Below are positions 1-9,450 of a DNA stretch of 62,167 bases, in pieces. The notes under the pieces were generated by a model. It had not been told where the DNA came from. It was given only the letters and a program-made list of their open reading frames with translations, and did no database searches. Both the position numbers and the translations under genes were made by a program. Source of the stretch: a virus (Duplodnaviria > Caudoviricetes); the IMG/VR virus record IMGVR_UViG_3300037485_002384, positions 1 to 62,167 of that record. One strand, written 5' to 3'. Numbering within the stretch: position 1 is the first letter of the stretch; every line of letters begins with the position of its first letter.

Positions 1-46
1 GTTATTTAGAATACCTAACGTTTAACGGTACATTAATAAAAGAATA

Positions 47-340
47 ATGAAAAAGGCAAAGAAGATAGCTTATAAAAAAGCTAAGGAGAGTAAAGAAGGA
101 GCAATAGCATTAAAATATTACACTAACCTTATTAAACAAGGGATAAAAGAAAAAAATATTATAACAAGTATTACCCGATTAGGAGTTTCAGAAATGCCAA
201 TATCAAACTCTCCAATGAGGAGAGAAATGATTAGTAATGGGAAAGAAGTAACAATTATTGTTATAGCAACACCAGGTATACCTATAAGTGCAAATGAAAT
301 ATCACAATTGATAGAAGTACAGAGAATAGTTAATTTTTAA
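47..340 (+). CDS. hypothetical protein
   Basis: 97-aa ORF, A-rich leader, co-oriented. Confidence 0.55.
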   Translation: MKKAKKIAYKKAKESKEGAIALKYYTNLIKQGIKEKNIITSITRLGVSEMPISNSPMRREMISNGKEVTIIVIATPGIPISANEISQLIEVQRIVNF

Positions 341-354
341 TAAGTAATATAAAA

Positions 355-567
355 ATGAAAGAGATATACTACATAATAGCAATCATATCTGAGATATGGC
401 CAATAGCATTAATAATGGGTATAATATCAATACCTATCCTCACCTGGACCTCAAAAAGAGAAAAACAGTATGAGCCGTTAACAAATCATTATAACACCAC
501 TGATAGCTCTATATCACTTATAGATGGTAGTAAGGTGGAAATAAAAGAAAATGAAACTAACAGATAA
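355..567 (+). CDS. hypothetical membrane protein
   Basis: N-terminal hydrophobic segment IYYIIAIISEIWPIALIMGIISIPIL. Confidence 0.55.
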   Translation: MKEIYYIIAIISEIWPIALIMGIISIPILTWTSKREKQYEPLTNHYNTTDSSISLIDGSKVEIKENETNR

Positions 568-1621
568 CCAATACAACATATTAGAACAATTAGAAGAGAT
601 AAACAAACCAATCTCATTTAACGACCTATTAACCTTATTAAGAAAGAAACACAAAAGGTTTGCCTCATCAACCTTAGTAATGAATACCCAGTCACTAATT
701 AAGAAATTATTAGTGACCATTACTATTGATAAGAAAAAAGAACTATTCTCATTGACAGAAGCAGGGAAAAGAGCTTTAATTGAAAAACCTTCATTGTTAC
801 CAGTTAAAATAAAGAAAGAAGTAAAAACTAAAGACAGTCAACCTAAAAAAGAAGGTAATTGGCTTGAATGGACTGATCCTATATGGGTGGAAGAGAATAA
901 CCAATGGGAATTCTATAAGAAACAAGAAGGTCAAATATTAGAAATATACCACTCCCAAGACGAAGAAGAGATAAGAGAGAGACATAGGTCTAAAGTAATG
1001 GAACACATTATGGCAGCTATGGATACACCAAAGGTGAAAGAGGAAGAAGGTAGAAGTAGACATCCCGTAAAACATAAGCTATCAGAAGAAACAAAAGAAT
1101 CAATAAACAAACCAACAACAGGTAGAGGTAGTCAAAAGACTGGAGATAGTTCAACCTTCCTCCATTTAGATGCAAAACATAGATTACTTACAATGAAGTT
1201 ACAAGGATACCCACAACCAGAGATACTAATGACCGTAGCTAGGGAATATAATTTAAAATCTATTACCGTAGGGCTTTATTTAACGGAAGTTATTAGAGAT
1301 ATTAGGGAGAGATCTAAAGGTATTGTAGAGGAAACACTTAGGACTCACTTAGATAGGTATGAATCTATCTTCAAATGGTTTAGGGAGAATGGGTATTCGA
1401 AGTGGGCGTTAAAAGCCTTAGAGAGAAAGGAGAGACTTATTGGTCTTCATGATAGTGAGAAGGTTGATAGAGGTCTTTTAGAAGAAATTAACAAAAGTAT
1501 GTTAAATAAACTGGGGTATGACTGGTCCCGTCTACCAGAGGAGGATTACAAGCGATTACTCACCTTAGTGAAGAGGACTTTAATTATATTAAAACCAATA
1601 GAACCAGCTGAAGATAAATAA
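551..1621 (+). CDS. winged-helix DNA-binding protein; possible terminase small subunit-like C-terminus
   Basis: N-terminal wHTH signature ending FSLTEAGKRAL; C-terminal HTH plus helical ALKALERKERLIGL segment. Confidence 0.45.
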   Translation: MKLTDNQYNILEQLEEINKPISFNDLLTLLRKKHKRFASSTLVMNTQSLIKKLLVTITIDKKKELFSLTEAGKRALIEKPSLLPVKIKKEVKTKDSQPKKEGNWLEWTDPIWVEENNQWEFYKKQEGQILEIYHSQDEEEIRERHRSKVMEHIMAAMDTPKVKEEEGRSRHPVKHKLSEETKESINKPTTGRGSQKTGDSSTFLHLDAKHRLLTMKLQGYPQPEILMTVAREYNLKSITVGLYLTEVIRDIRERSKGIVEETLRTHLDRYESIFKWFRENGYSKWALKALERKERLIGLHDSEKVDRGLLEEINKSMLNKLGYDWSRLPEEDYKRLLTLVKRTLIILKPIEPAEDK

Positions 1622-1624
1622 ATG

Positions 1625-1655
1625 TTGTTTATGTAACATAAATTCCATACCTTTA
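1625..1655 (+). promoter_or_regulatory. promoter TTG...TACCTTTA with palindromic operator TATGTAACATA (1630-1640)
   Basis: Repeated intergenic motif; perfect 5-1-5 palindrome. Confidence 0.7.
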
Positions 1656-1670
1656 TAAAAAATAAGAATT

Positions 1671-2042
1671 ATGAGTAATTCAAAAATAAAAGAAATAGAT
1701 AAGTTGATCTATGACCACCAGGAGAGTATAGAAAAATTAAGAGTAGAGAAAAGAGGAGTTGAGGATAAATTATTACTACCTAAAGTCATTAATAAATATC
1801 TAGGTAAATACTTCCTTAAACATGATTATTTCAATAAGAAAGAAACTATGTTAATACACATAAGAGAAATCATCAACTCAAATGAGTATGTTGGTGAAAA
1901 AATACAATTCCACCCTAATGAGTCATTTTCTATTAATACTAATTATTTAGGCCATATAGGTTCTGTGGGTAAAGAGGTGGGTCAAGAAGTGTGGAAAAAA
2001 GAAGTTGATAAAGTAAAACTATTAATACAGTTTTCATTATGA
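1671..2042 (+). CDS. hypothetical protein
   Basis: 123-aa ORF directly downstream of a promoter motif. Confidence 0.7.
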   Translation: MSNSKIKEIDKLIYDHQESIEKLRVEKRGVEDKLLLPKVINKYLGKYFLKHDYFNKKETMLIHIREIINSNEYVGEKIQFHPNESFSINTNYLGHIGSVGKEVGQEVWKKEVDKVKLLIQFSL

Positions 2043-2542
2043 GTATAACATTTAAATCAAACAGTCAGCAAGGTGATTCATTTATGAATGAATACAGCCA
2101 TTCAATGGGTATATTTCGTAAATCACAAGAACTATTTGAAGTGTTCTTAAAAAAACACCAGATAGATGCCTGGCATACTCATGATAGTTGGGTAATGCAT
2201 GACTATAGAAGTGGTATAGGTGTCGTTAATGAGCAGATTTTAGATATAACATGGATAGGTGATCATGACTGGTCTCATAATTGGATCTGCCCTAGAGTAG
2301 ACCAAAAGGTGGTTATAACAAAATTTTTAGATATAAACGATAATATTAAACCGTTTAAAGTTCATATTTTCAGAGTTATAGAATACACACCTGGTACATT
2401 TGGATCTTCAGATAGAATAAAGGTGAGTAGAGTTGAGACTAAGGAGATTGTTTTCTGTTTAGAAAAAAATGAGTACATGTTCTTCACAGAGGAAAAGATG
2501 TTAGGGTTTTTTGATTGGATAAGTAATTACTTTTCGAAATAA
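2039..2542 (+). CDS. hypothetical protein
   Basis: 167-aa ORF, 4-nt overlap with upstream gene. Confidence 0.7.
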   Translation: MSITFKSNSQQGDSFMNEYSHSMGIFRKSQELFEVFLKKHQIDAWHTHDSWVMHDYRSGIGVVNEQILDITWIGDHDWSHNWICPRVDQKVVITKFLDINDNIKPFKVHIFRVIEYTPGTFGSSDRIKVSRVETKEIVFCLEKNEYMFFTEEKMLGFFDWISNYFSK

Positions 2543-2823
2543 TGAATAGTCATAATAAAGCCAAATTCAACCAAGTTAAGAATACAGAGGTTGATAAAAA
2601 ACAATTTTCTTATTTAATGGAATCATTACCAATTAAGGATAAAATAAATTTAATTTCCCAAACATTCTTTAAAACAAAAAGAGGCTGTTTATTGCTATCA
2701 TGTTTATATAAAGGGATGAGTATATCATCTGCTTATAGTTATGCTTTTAAAAAGGACATGAAAGAGGTTGTAGTACTATTAGAGCTTTATGGGTGGGAAA
2801 TTTCATCAGGCAATATAAAATAA
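2542..2823 (+). CDS. hypothetical protein
   Basis: TAATG stop-start coupling. Confidence 0.6.
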   Translation: MNSHNKAKFNQVKNTEVDKKQFSYLMESLPIKDKINLISQTFFKTKRGCLLLSCLYKGMSISSAYSYAFKKDMKEVVVLLELYGWEISSGNIK

Positions 2824-2831
2824 AAAATACC

Positions 2832-2933
2832 ATGAAGAACATAATGAAAATTTTAAGAAAAGGTTTTTGTAGAATTTGTGGAAGTAAGACATTTGATAAC
2901 GGCTGTTTGAATTGTGATAGAGGTATTTGTTAA
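2832..2933 (+). CDS. 33-aa Cys-rich microprotein (zinc-ribbon-like), not in ORF track
   Basis: MKNIMKILRKGFCRICGSKTFDNGCLNCDRGIC; CxxC-x8-CxxC; fills the intergenic gap. Confidence 0.5.
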   Translation: MKNIMKILRKGFCRICGSKTFDNGCLNCDRGIC

Positions 2934-2979
2934 TTATAAAATAAAATGAAGTTTAAATTATTAACTTAAATAAAAACAA

Positions 2980-3285
2980 ATGGCAAAATTTTGGAAGATT
3001 AAAAAACAAGATTACTGGAATACTGCTTATGAATTAAAGAAATGGATTCCTAAATTAAAAAATGAGGATATTGATGATTTAGTAGACAACTTAAGAGGTA
3101 GTAATTTAAGTTTTGTACTTACTGAAAGTGTAGATAAACCTTTTTGGATTAGATTATCATTACCATTTGGATTAATAGTATGGCTAATATTATTTATAAC
3201 ATTACCTATAAAATTCATGGTCACAGGCACCTGGAACTACAAATGGTTATGGTTACAAAATTGGTTTTCAGCATTAGATTTCTAA
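2980..3285 (+). CDS. hypothetical membrane protein
   Basis: Hydrophobic segment FWIRLSLPFGLIVWLILFITLPIKF. Confidence 0.65.
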   Translation: MAKFWKIKKQDYWNTAYELKKWIPKLKNEDIDDLVDNLRGSNLSFVLTESVDKPFWIRLSLPFGLIVWLILFITLPIKFMVTGTWNYKWLWLQNWFSALDF

Positions 3286-3303
3286 TAAATAAATAAAAAA
3301 GGT

Positions 3304-3660
3304 ATGATAAATAATACATCACAATTATTGTCCACAGGTGAAAACATCATAAGAGTTTCAGGGACTACAAAAACAACTTACCTAGGATATGACATATTTG
3401 ATGAGTCATTAATAGAAGTAGAGAAAGAACAGTGCTCAAGTATACCTAACTGTGTAATAAAGCTATTGAGTAGTCAATCAAACCGAATACAGCTTGCACT
3501 GGTCCTTAAAAATGGAATACCATCACATGCAGAAAGTCTATTGGATATCGGTGAGAGGACAATCAGAAGACATATAGCTGATAAAGATGGTCCAGGATCA
3601 TTTAGAAAGAAAGGTGAAAAGATTAAAAAGAAAATATTAGTTGATCAAATAAATAAATAA
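3304..3660 (+). CDS. Fis-type HTH DNA-binding protein
   Basis: ALVLKNGIPSHAESLLDIGERTIRRHI resembles the Fis/HTH_8 consensus. Confidence 0.5.
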   Translation: MINNTSQLLSTGENIIRVSGTTKTTYLGYDIFDESLIEVEKEQCSSIPNCVIKLLSSQSNRIQLALVLKNGIPSHAESLLDIGERTIRRHIADKDGPGSFRKKGEKIKKKILVDQINK

Positions 3661-3693
3661 TTTGTATTTATGTTAAATAAATTCGTACATTTA
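3661..3693 (+). promoter_or_regulatory. promoter TTTG...TACATTTA with operator TATGTTAAATA (3669-3679)
   Basis: Repeated intergenic motif. Confidence 0.7.
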
Positions 3694-3710
3694 CAAAAAA
3701 ACAAGAAATC

Positions 3711-4289
3711 ATGAATAGAGTAGAAGAAACAACAACACATGAAAACATCTTTATAAAAGAAGGTAGACCAGACTGGATTGCTGATAAGATGAATAATAGA
3801 AACGAATTTCTTAAAAAGAAGTTTGCATCAGATAAAGCTTACTATGATGGTAAGCTTGAATCTATGGTTATGTCAACTTTATCTGTAATAGATAGAGATA
3901 CAACACCGGATCAGCTTCAAAATATTTTAAAAGTAGCTGATAAGGAGTGGAAAGGTATTTGTTCAAGAGCAAGACAGACAAATAAACACATAAGTCTTCA
4001 TACACAAGCTTTATTACAAATGGTGATATATAACCTACAAAAAAGAAATGTATTATCTAAAGTGCCAGATGGTGAAGCTATTGAGATTATTAATGAAGAG
4101 TCAGGTGAAGCTAAAGTAATATCATTAGATGAACCTTTTAGTATGAAGGATTTTGATAAGAAAATAGTAAAGGTAAAGAGTGAGGATCTTCAAAATGAAA
4201 ATGATATGTTATCAGCTGCAAATGATGTAGATATGAGTGAGATTAAATTATCCGGCAAACAACCTGATTTAGATTTAAGCGAACTATAA
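3711..4289 (+). CDS. hypothetical protein
   Basis: 192-aa ORF after promoter. Confidence 0.7.
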   Translation: MNRVEETTTHENIFIKEGRPDWIADKMNNRNEFLKKKFASDKAYYDGKLESMVMSTLSVIDRDTTPDQLQNILKVADKEWKGICSRARQTNKHISLHTQALLQMVIYNLQKRNVLSKVPDGEAIEIINEESGEAKVISLDEPFSMKDFDKKIVKVKSEDLQNENDMLSAANDVDMSEIKLSGKQPDLDLSEL

Positions 4290-4582
4290 TGAGATATTTT
4301 ATAATATTCTACACAGGCCATACAACTTGTGGAAAACCTTTAAATGGTAACTCTTCATTTACAAATGAAAGTTATCCTAATAGTAAATCAATAGTAGAGA
4401 AAATAAAAGACTCTTCTAAAAAGTCAGATGGGTATGATGTAATTATAACAGTTACAAATATCACAGAGGTAAGTGAGGATGATCATAATTCATGGATTGG
4501 AATACAAGATTCAAAAGTATATGAATCAACACTAAACGGTAGAAGAGTTGAATTAGGGTTTGGACCAATTGAACAAAAATAA
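4289..4582 (+). CDS. hypothetical protein
   Basis: TAATG coupling. Confidence 0.65.
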   Translation: MRYFIIFYTGHTTCGKPLNGNSSFTNESYPNSKSIVEKIKDSSKKSDGYDVIITVTNITEVSEDDHNSWIGIQDSKVYESTLNGRRVELGFGPIEQK

Positions 4583-4799
4583 AAACAAGAAAATGAACTA
4601 TTACGTTAAGACAGGATTAAAAACAATATTAGCAACTGTGATCATATTAACCATCCTAATAGGAAGTGTAATATACATGTCCAGGAGTAAAGAGGTGTAT
4701 GATATAAACAAGGAGAGATTCAGACAATATAATGATTCACCTCTATACTTTCATAAATACATTCAAACATCATTAGTATATAAACAAAAACATAAATAA
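4560..4799 (+). CDS. hypothetical membrane protein (true start probably the second Met, MNYY)
   Basis: Single TM segment TILATVIILTILIGSVIYM. Confidence 0.55.
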   Translation: MDQLNKNKNKKMNYYVKTGLKTILATVIILTILIGSVIYMSRSKEVYDINKERFRQYNDSPLYFHKYIQTSLVYKQKHK

Positions 4800-4804
4800 A
4801 AAAA

Positions 4805-5062
4805 ATGAACCAATCAATACACACAGATGCAGTAGTATTATTACTATCAGAAGCAAGCTTTATTAACAAAGAGGTGATAACACCGGAAACAAAATTAAAA
4901 GATGATTTAGATATCGATTCTTTAGAATTAATAAACTTTATTGTTGATTTAGAAGAAAAGTATTTTTTAAACATTGGATCAGATGATTATCTAGCATTCG
5001 AAACTGTTAAAGATATAACCAACTACTTAGACAAGAAAGTAACTAATGAACAAACAGCTTGA
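4805..5062 (+). CDS. acpP: acyl carrier protein
   Basis: 85 aa, acidic; DDLDIDSLELINFIVDLEEKY carries the DSL phosphopantetheine Ser; C-terminal FETVKD. Confidence 0.85.
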   Translation: MNQSIHTDAVVLLLSEASFINKEVITPETKLKDDLDIDSLELINFIVDLEEKYFLNIGSDDYLAFETVKDITNYLDKKVTNEQTA

Positions 5063-5285
5063 TGTATCAATTGATCCTAATTCTGACCCAAAAGGTGAAA
5101 GAGTGCAGTTATCACTAGAAAATCAAAAACTAGGCTTATCCAGCTTCTGGATACATAAAGATGATTTCTATAGATGTTGCAAAGATCTAAACATTGCAAA
5201 TGACTATGGAGCACTTGACAGGATGCAGGAAATTATATCATGGTTATCAAAACAGCAGGGAATAAGATTTGAAGAGATTGAATAA
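5046..5285 (+). CDS. hypothetical protein
   Basis: 79-aa ORF overlapping the ACP end. Confidence 0.6.
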   Translation: MNKQLDVSIDPNSDPKGERVQLSLENQKLGLSSFWIHKDDFYRCCKDLNIANDYGALDRMQEIISWLSKQQGIRFEEIE

Positions 5286-5337
5286 TTATTATTATATTTA
5301 CAGTCTAAATAAAAAAGCTAACAAGCAAGAAGAGTAA

Positions 5338-5799
5338 ATGAAAAAAATCACATCAATCCTTATCATCATAGGCGTATTCGCTTGTTTTGGTAACGTATTC
5401 TCCCACGACATTGGAGTAAAGAAAGCTATAGGAGTTGAATTGACAATCAATTCATTTGACCAACCTGCAGTTATTGTTTCTGATTTTAATTATGAAGCTA
5501 TTGATTTTACTAGTAATAGTATAACCTTTACTCCATACTTAATTAGTAATGAAAAAGCAAATTTTATAACCATTTTAGAATCCTTTGATGAAGATGTGAG
5601 TCATATCCTCATATTTAATACATCTAATGATAAAAATACAAAATGTAATATAACCTATGCCATTGCACCAAATCGATTGTGTATTGAAATCATGTTGAAG
5701 GTATATCCAATTATATCACCTACACCATTACCAAAACATTATCTGTTACCAGCAAAAAATAACTTTTACAGATTTGGATCCAACCAGCGAAACTGTTAA
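5338..5799 (+). CDS. exported hypothetical protein
   Basis: Signal-peptide-like MKKITSILIIIGVFACFG. Confidence 0.55.
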   Translation: MKKITSILIIIGVFACFGNVFSHDIGVKKAIGVELTINSFDQPAVIVSDFNYEAIDFTSNSITFTPYLISNEKANFITILESFDEDVSHILIFNTSNDKNTKCNITYAIAPNRLCIEIMLKVYPIISPTPLPKHYLLPAKNNFYRFGSNQRNC

Positions 5800-5822
5800 A
5801 TAAAAATTAAACATTATAATGG

Positions 5823-5855
5823 AAAGCCTCTTTATTTTTTTAAGGAGGCTTTTTT
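5823..5855 (+). terminator. intrinsic terminator
   Basis: AAAGCCTC...GAGGCTTT stem followed by T run. Confidence 0.75.
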
Positions 5856-5900
5856 ATTGAACATAATAATATATTATTTAAAATAAATTTCGTAATTTTA
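5855..5900 (+). promoter_or_regulatory. promoter TAATTTTA (5893-5900) with tandem operators TATTGAACATA (5855-5865) and TATTTAAAATA (5875-5885)
   Basis: Repeated motif; 20-bp operator periodicity. Confidence 0.6.
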
Positions 5901-5918
5901 CAATCTAAATTTAAACAA

Positions 5919-6776
5919 GTGATTATGAGCAAAAAGTATAAATTATTAAAAGATACAGTAGAGGCTAAAGAAGGTTCTATATTTAAGTATAGTGATAAAT
6001 TAGTTGGGTCAATATCCAGATCAAAAGGGTATTGGCTTGAAAACCCATTACCTGAAGGTCATTTACAATTATTCTATACAGTAGAGTCTGTTGAAAATAA
6101 CCCTGAATGGTTTAAAGAAATAGAAGAGAGAACAGATCTTCAAATAAAATTAGGTATCTTATTAGAAAAATATGTAGATAGCTTTCAAATAAATAAAGAA
6201 AAAGGTTCAATCTCAGTACCACAGGTAACTATTGATAGATTAATAGAGAATGTAACAAATACTGTCAAAGAATTAGAACCTATCAAAGAGAAAATCTCTC
6301 TTTCACTTAAAGCACAACCTATTACAGATAAAGATAGAGAAGAGATAGAAAAAGCCTTATCAGCAGGACCTATATTAGGTATCAGTGGTATGATATTAGA
6401 AGAAGAAGAAGAAAGAAGATACCAATCATATTTAAGACGTATTAATGAATCTTTCAATTTTAAGTCTGATGTAGAAAAATGGAGAGAAGAGCCTAAAGTA
6501 GTATTTACAACTCATGATGGTATATGCTGTATTGATGGTGCTAAAATATATGGTATATGTTTACATGCAATAGGTCCTGATCAATGGAGAGAGGTTGTAT
6601 TACCATTTAAATCAATACCAGGTGAGAATAGAGTTTGGTTTGATTCAAAGGACAAAGCAAATGATTATTTGATTAGAAATAAGAAATGCTTATCAATTGA
6701 TGATATAACAGATAGAGTTTATTTAGAAGCTATATCAATAAACCATTTTAAAAAACTGGTAAAAGAACGTATCTAG
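5919..6776 (+). CDS. hypothetical protein
   Basis: 285-aa ORF preceding the terminase. Confidence 0.7.
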   Translation: MIMSKKYKLLKDTVEAKEGSIFKYSDKLVGSISRSKGYWLENPLPEGHLQLFYTVESVENNPEWFKEIEERTDLQIKLGILLEKYVDSFQINKEKGSISVPQVTIDRLIENVTNTVKELEPIKEKISLSLKAQPITDKDREEIEKALSAGPILGISGMILEEEEERRYQSYLRRINESFNFKSDVEKWREEPKVVFTTHDGICCIDGAKIYGICLHAIGPDQWREVVLPFKSIPGENRVWFDSKDKANDYLIRNKKCLSIDDITDRVYLEAISINHFKKLVKERI

Positions 6777-6782
6777 AACTAT

Positions 6783-8294
6783 ATGTCTGAAAAGGTACCT
6801 GCAAAAAAAGATATAGCATTATCCATACTAGAATCAGGGGAGTTTGAAAAAGAATTAATAAAACAAATTCATTCAGACTCCTACTATGAATTCTTCAAAC
6901 AGGCGTATGCTGTACTTTTACCAGGTGAACCATATTCAGATAATTGGCATATAAAGTATTTATGTGATAGATTACAACAAGAATTCGAAAGAATAAAAAG
7001 AAGAGAGATACGTCAACAGGATATAATTATAAATATTCCTTTTAGATCTGCAAAATCTTTAATCTGCACAGTAGTATTCCCGGTATGGTGTTGGACACAG
7101 GATCAGTCAACAAAATTCATTACAACATCATATGCAGCAGCCCTGGCACTAGAACATGCATTAGCATCTAGAAGTTTAATAACTAGCGAGTGGTTTCAAA
7201 ACTTATATAGTGGACTTATAGAATTTGCTGAAGATCAGAATGCAGCCGGGTTTTATAAAATAAAAGGTGGTGGTTTTAGGAAGTCAGTTGGTATAGGTGG
7301 ACAAATTACCGGATCAGGTGCTGATATCATAATTGTAGATGATCCACAGAATCCTAAAATGGCAGCTTCTGAAGTAGAAAGGAAGACAGTAAAGAACTTT
7401 TATGATCAAACACTATACTCTCGTTTAAATCAACCAGAATTAGGTGTGAGGATTGTCATCATGCAAAGATTAGCTGAAGAAGATCTTTCAGGTCATTTAA
7501 TGGATACATCACCAGAGAAGCATGATCATATATGTATACCTGTAGAATTGGACCGTAACAATATGGATAAAGAAAACCTTTCACCATTAAGCCTACTAAA
7601 ACATTATGATGAGAATGGTTTGTATTGGCCAGGTCGTTTTTCAAAAGCTAATATAAACGATTACATTAGTCGATTAGGATCAAAAGAAGCAGCGGGTCAA
7701 TTATACCAAAGACCAGCACCTAAAGAAGGTAATATGGTTAAAGAAGCATGGTTTGATGTAATCGACCCAACTACATTAGTAAGGGATCTAAGGTACGAGC
7801 CTATGATGTTCTTCCTAGATACAGCAGAATCAGATGATCAGCAAGCCAATGGAGATTACTCTGCTATGGTTGTGGCATATAAAAAGAATAACTGTATTTA
7901 TGTGTGTAATGTAGTAAAGGTTAAAAAAGCCTTTCATGAACTATGTAAATTTATACCGGTATTTGTTAATGAAAATTTATACTCTCAATTCTCTCAAATA
8001 AAAGTAGAACCGAAATCATCCGGTAAATCAGTAGTAAGTCAATTGAGAGCAACTACACAATTAAATATATCTGAGTTACCAGCACCTAAAGATTCAAAAG
8101 TTACCAGGTTATCATCTATGACACCTGCAATGGAATCAAGAAGAGTTAAATTTTTACAAGGTAATTATCTAAAGCCATTTATGGACAACTTACTAGTATT
8201 CCCAAATGGTAAACATGATGATGATGTGGATGCATTTATACACTGTGTTGAACATCTATTAGGTGGTAATGACTTTGATTTTGACTTTGCATAA
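6783..8294 (+). CDS. terL: terminase large subunit
   Basis: NWHI Q-motif, INIPFRSAKS Walker A variant, ITGSGADIIIVDDP Walker B, QLYQRP, nuclease FLDT and FPNGKHDDDVDA. Confidence 0.95.
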   Translation: MSEKVPAKKDIALSILESGEFEKELIKQIHSDSYYEFFKQAYAVLLPGEPYSDNWHIKYLCDRLQQEFERIKRREIRQQDIIINIPFRSAKSLICTVVFPVWCWTQDQSTKFITTSYAAALALEHALASRSLITSEWFQNLYSGLIEFAEDQNAAGFYKIKGGGFRKSVGIGGQITGSGADIIIVDDPQNPKMAASEVERKTVKNFYDQTLYSRLNQPELGVRIVIMQRLAEEDLSGHLMDTSPEKHDHICIPVELDRNNMDKENLSPLSLLKHYDENGLYWPGRFSKANINDYISRLGSKEAAGQLYQRPAPKEGNMVKEAWFDVIDPTTLVRDLRYEPMMFFLDTAESDDQQANGDYSAMVVAYKKNNCIYVCNVVKVKKAFHELCKFIPVFVNENLYSQFSQIKVEPKSSGKSVVSQLRATTQLNISELPAPKDSKVTRLSSMTPAMESRRVKFLQGNYLKPFMDNLLVFPNGKHDDDVDAFIHCVEHLLGGNDFDFDFA

Positions 8295-8295
8295 T

Positions 8296-8787
8296 ATGAA
8301 TAAATTAATAAAATACTATTTAGATAATACTAGTAAAATATATGGGTATACACTAAAGCTATATAAATATGACAGAGAAAAAACAGATCATTTAATAGGT
8401 GATATGTTATTGAAGGTTTTAGAGAAAAATATTGGTTATAATGAATTGAGAGCTAGTGAAACCACAATATTATGCACTATTATAAAAAATATGTTTCTAG
8501 ATAATATCAGAAGGAAATCTGAAAAATTTAATAAGGTGGAATTATTTGAATGTTATAATTCTGTTAACTGTGAGATAGGGATGGATGTGCCTATAATTGA
8601 AAAACAAATAGATAAATTAAAGAACAGGCATAAGTTAGTAATTGATTTACATATAAAAGGTTACTCTTACAATGAGATATCTGAATCACTTAATATACCT
8701 GTTGGTACAGTAAAGGCTGATATGTTTAAAATAAGAGGTTTATTAAAAAAGAGGTTGAGTGAAGTGGGTTTTGAAATTAATTATTAG
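8296..8787 (+). CDS. ECF-type sigma-70 family RNA polymerase sigma factor (start revised from 8263 to ATG 8296)
   Basis: Region 2 (TIIKNMFLDNIRRK) and region 4 (GYSYNEISESLNIPVGTVKA). Confidence 0.85.
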   Translation: MNKLIKYYLDNTSKIYGYTLKLYKYDREKTDHLIGDMLLKVLEKNIGYNELRASETTILCTIIKNMFLDNIRRKSEKFNKVELFECYNSVNCEIGMDVPIIEKQIDKLKNRHKLVIDLHIKGYSYNEISESLNIPVGTVKADMFKIRGLLKKRLSEVGFEINY

Positions 8788-8791
8788 ATAA

Positions 8792-8823
8792 TTTGTATTT
8801 ATGTTAAATAAATTGTAATTTTA
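8792..8823 (+). promoter_or_regulatory. promoter TTTG...TAATTTTA with operator TATGTTAAATA (8800-8810)
   Basis: Repeated intergenic motif. Confidence 0.7.
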
Positions 8824-8926
8824 CAGAATGAGTGATATAGTAATAAAAGTAAGGAAGTATAGGTTCAAAATTTAAAGTTAAACTAAAAGAAGAATTCAGT
8901 AATTCAGAAAATAAAGGATTAGGATA

Positions 8927-9175
8927 ATGCAACAATCTCATAAATTATCAAGGCAATTACCAACAGAAGCTAGACCTATGAAAACAGGTAATCCAATAAG
9001 TCTATACACAGGTGTTACTTGGGATAAAAGTATGAATAAATGGAGATCATCAATTACCAGAGATAAGAAAACAAAACACCTAGGATCATTTGATAAAGAG
9101 TCAGATGCATCAATAGCATATGATGAAGCTGCAGAAAGACATATACGTTTAAAGAAATCAGATCTAGTAGGCTAA
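8927..9175 (+). CDS. stand-alone AP2-domain DNA-binding protein
   Basis: YTGVTWDK...KWRSSI...KHLGSF...ASIAYDEAA AP2 signature; no HNH domain. Confidence 0.8.
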   Translation: MQQSHKLSRQLPTEARPMKTGNPISLYTGVTWDKSMNKWRSSITRDKKTKHLGSFDKESDASIAYDEAAERHIRLKKSDLVG

Positions 9176-9204
9176 ATTAAAAAAAATAAATAAAAATAAA
9201 CAAT

Positions 9205-9450
9205 ATGAAAAACTACATTAAGTATTTAAAAAACAACCCTAATAAAATGATTTTGGTAAATGCTGTATTAGCATTTTGCCTTGGTATTAACCTAGCAGTA
9301 AATATAACATTCACTTCTTTAGGCCTCAGTATTGGTGTTGCATTATTTACAACACTAGTATCTAGTTTAATTCTATTACAAGTATGGGGTGAGTATAAAT
9401 TAATTGAAGGTTTTTGGCCTACTGTAAAAGAGTTTTTCGGATGGAAATAG
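9205..9450 (+). CDS. membrane protein (2 TM)
   Basis: Two hydrophobic segments. Confidence 0.6.
   Translation: MKNYIKYLKNNPNKMILVNAVLAFCLGINLAVNITFTSLGLSIGVALFTTLVSSLILLQVWGEYKLIEGFWPTVKEFFGWK

Noticed and set aside
8263-8295. Track start of the sigma factor at 8263
   Set aside because: Overlaps the terL end; ATG 8296 right after the stop fits better
8828-8926. 15-codon ORF after the 8792 promoter, possibly continuing in another frame
   Set aside because: Too short to support; may be a remnant
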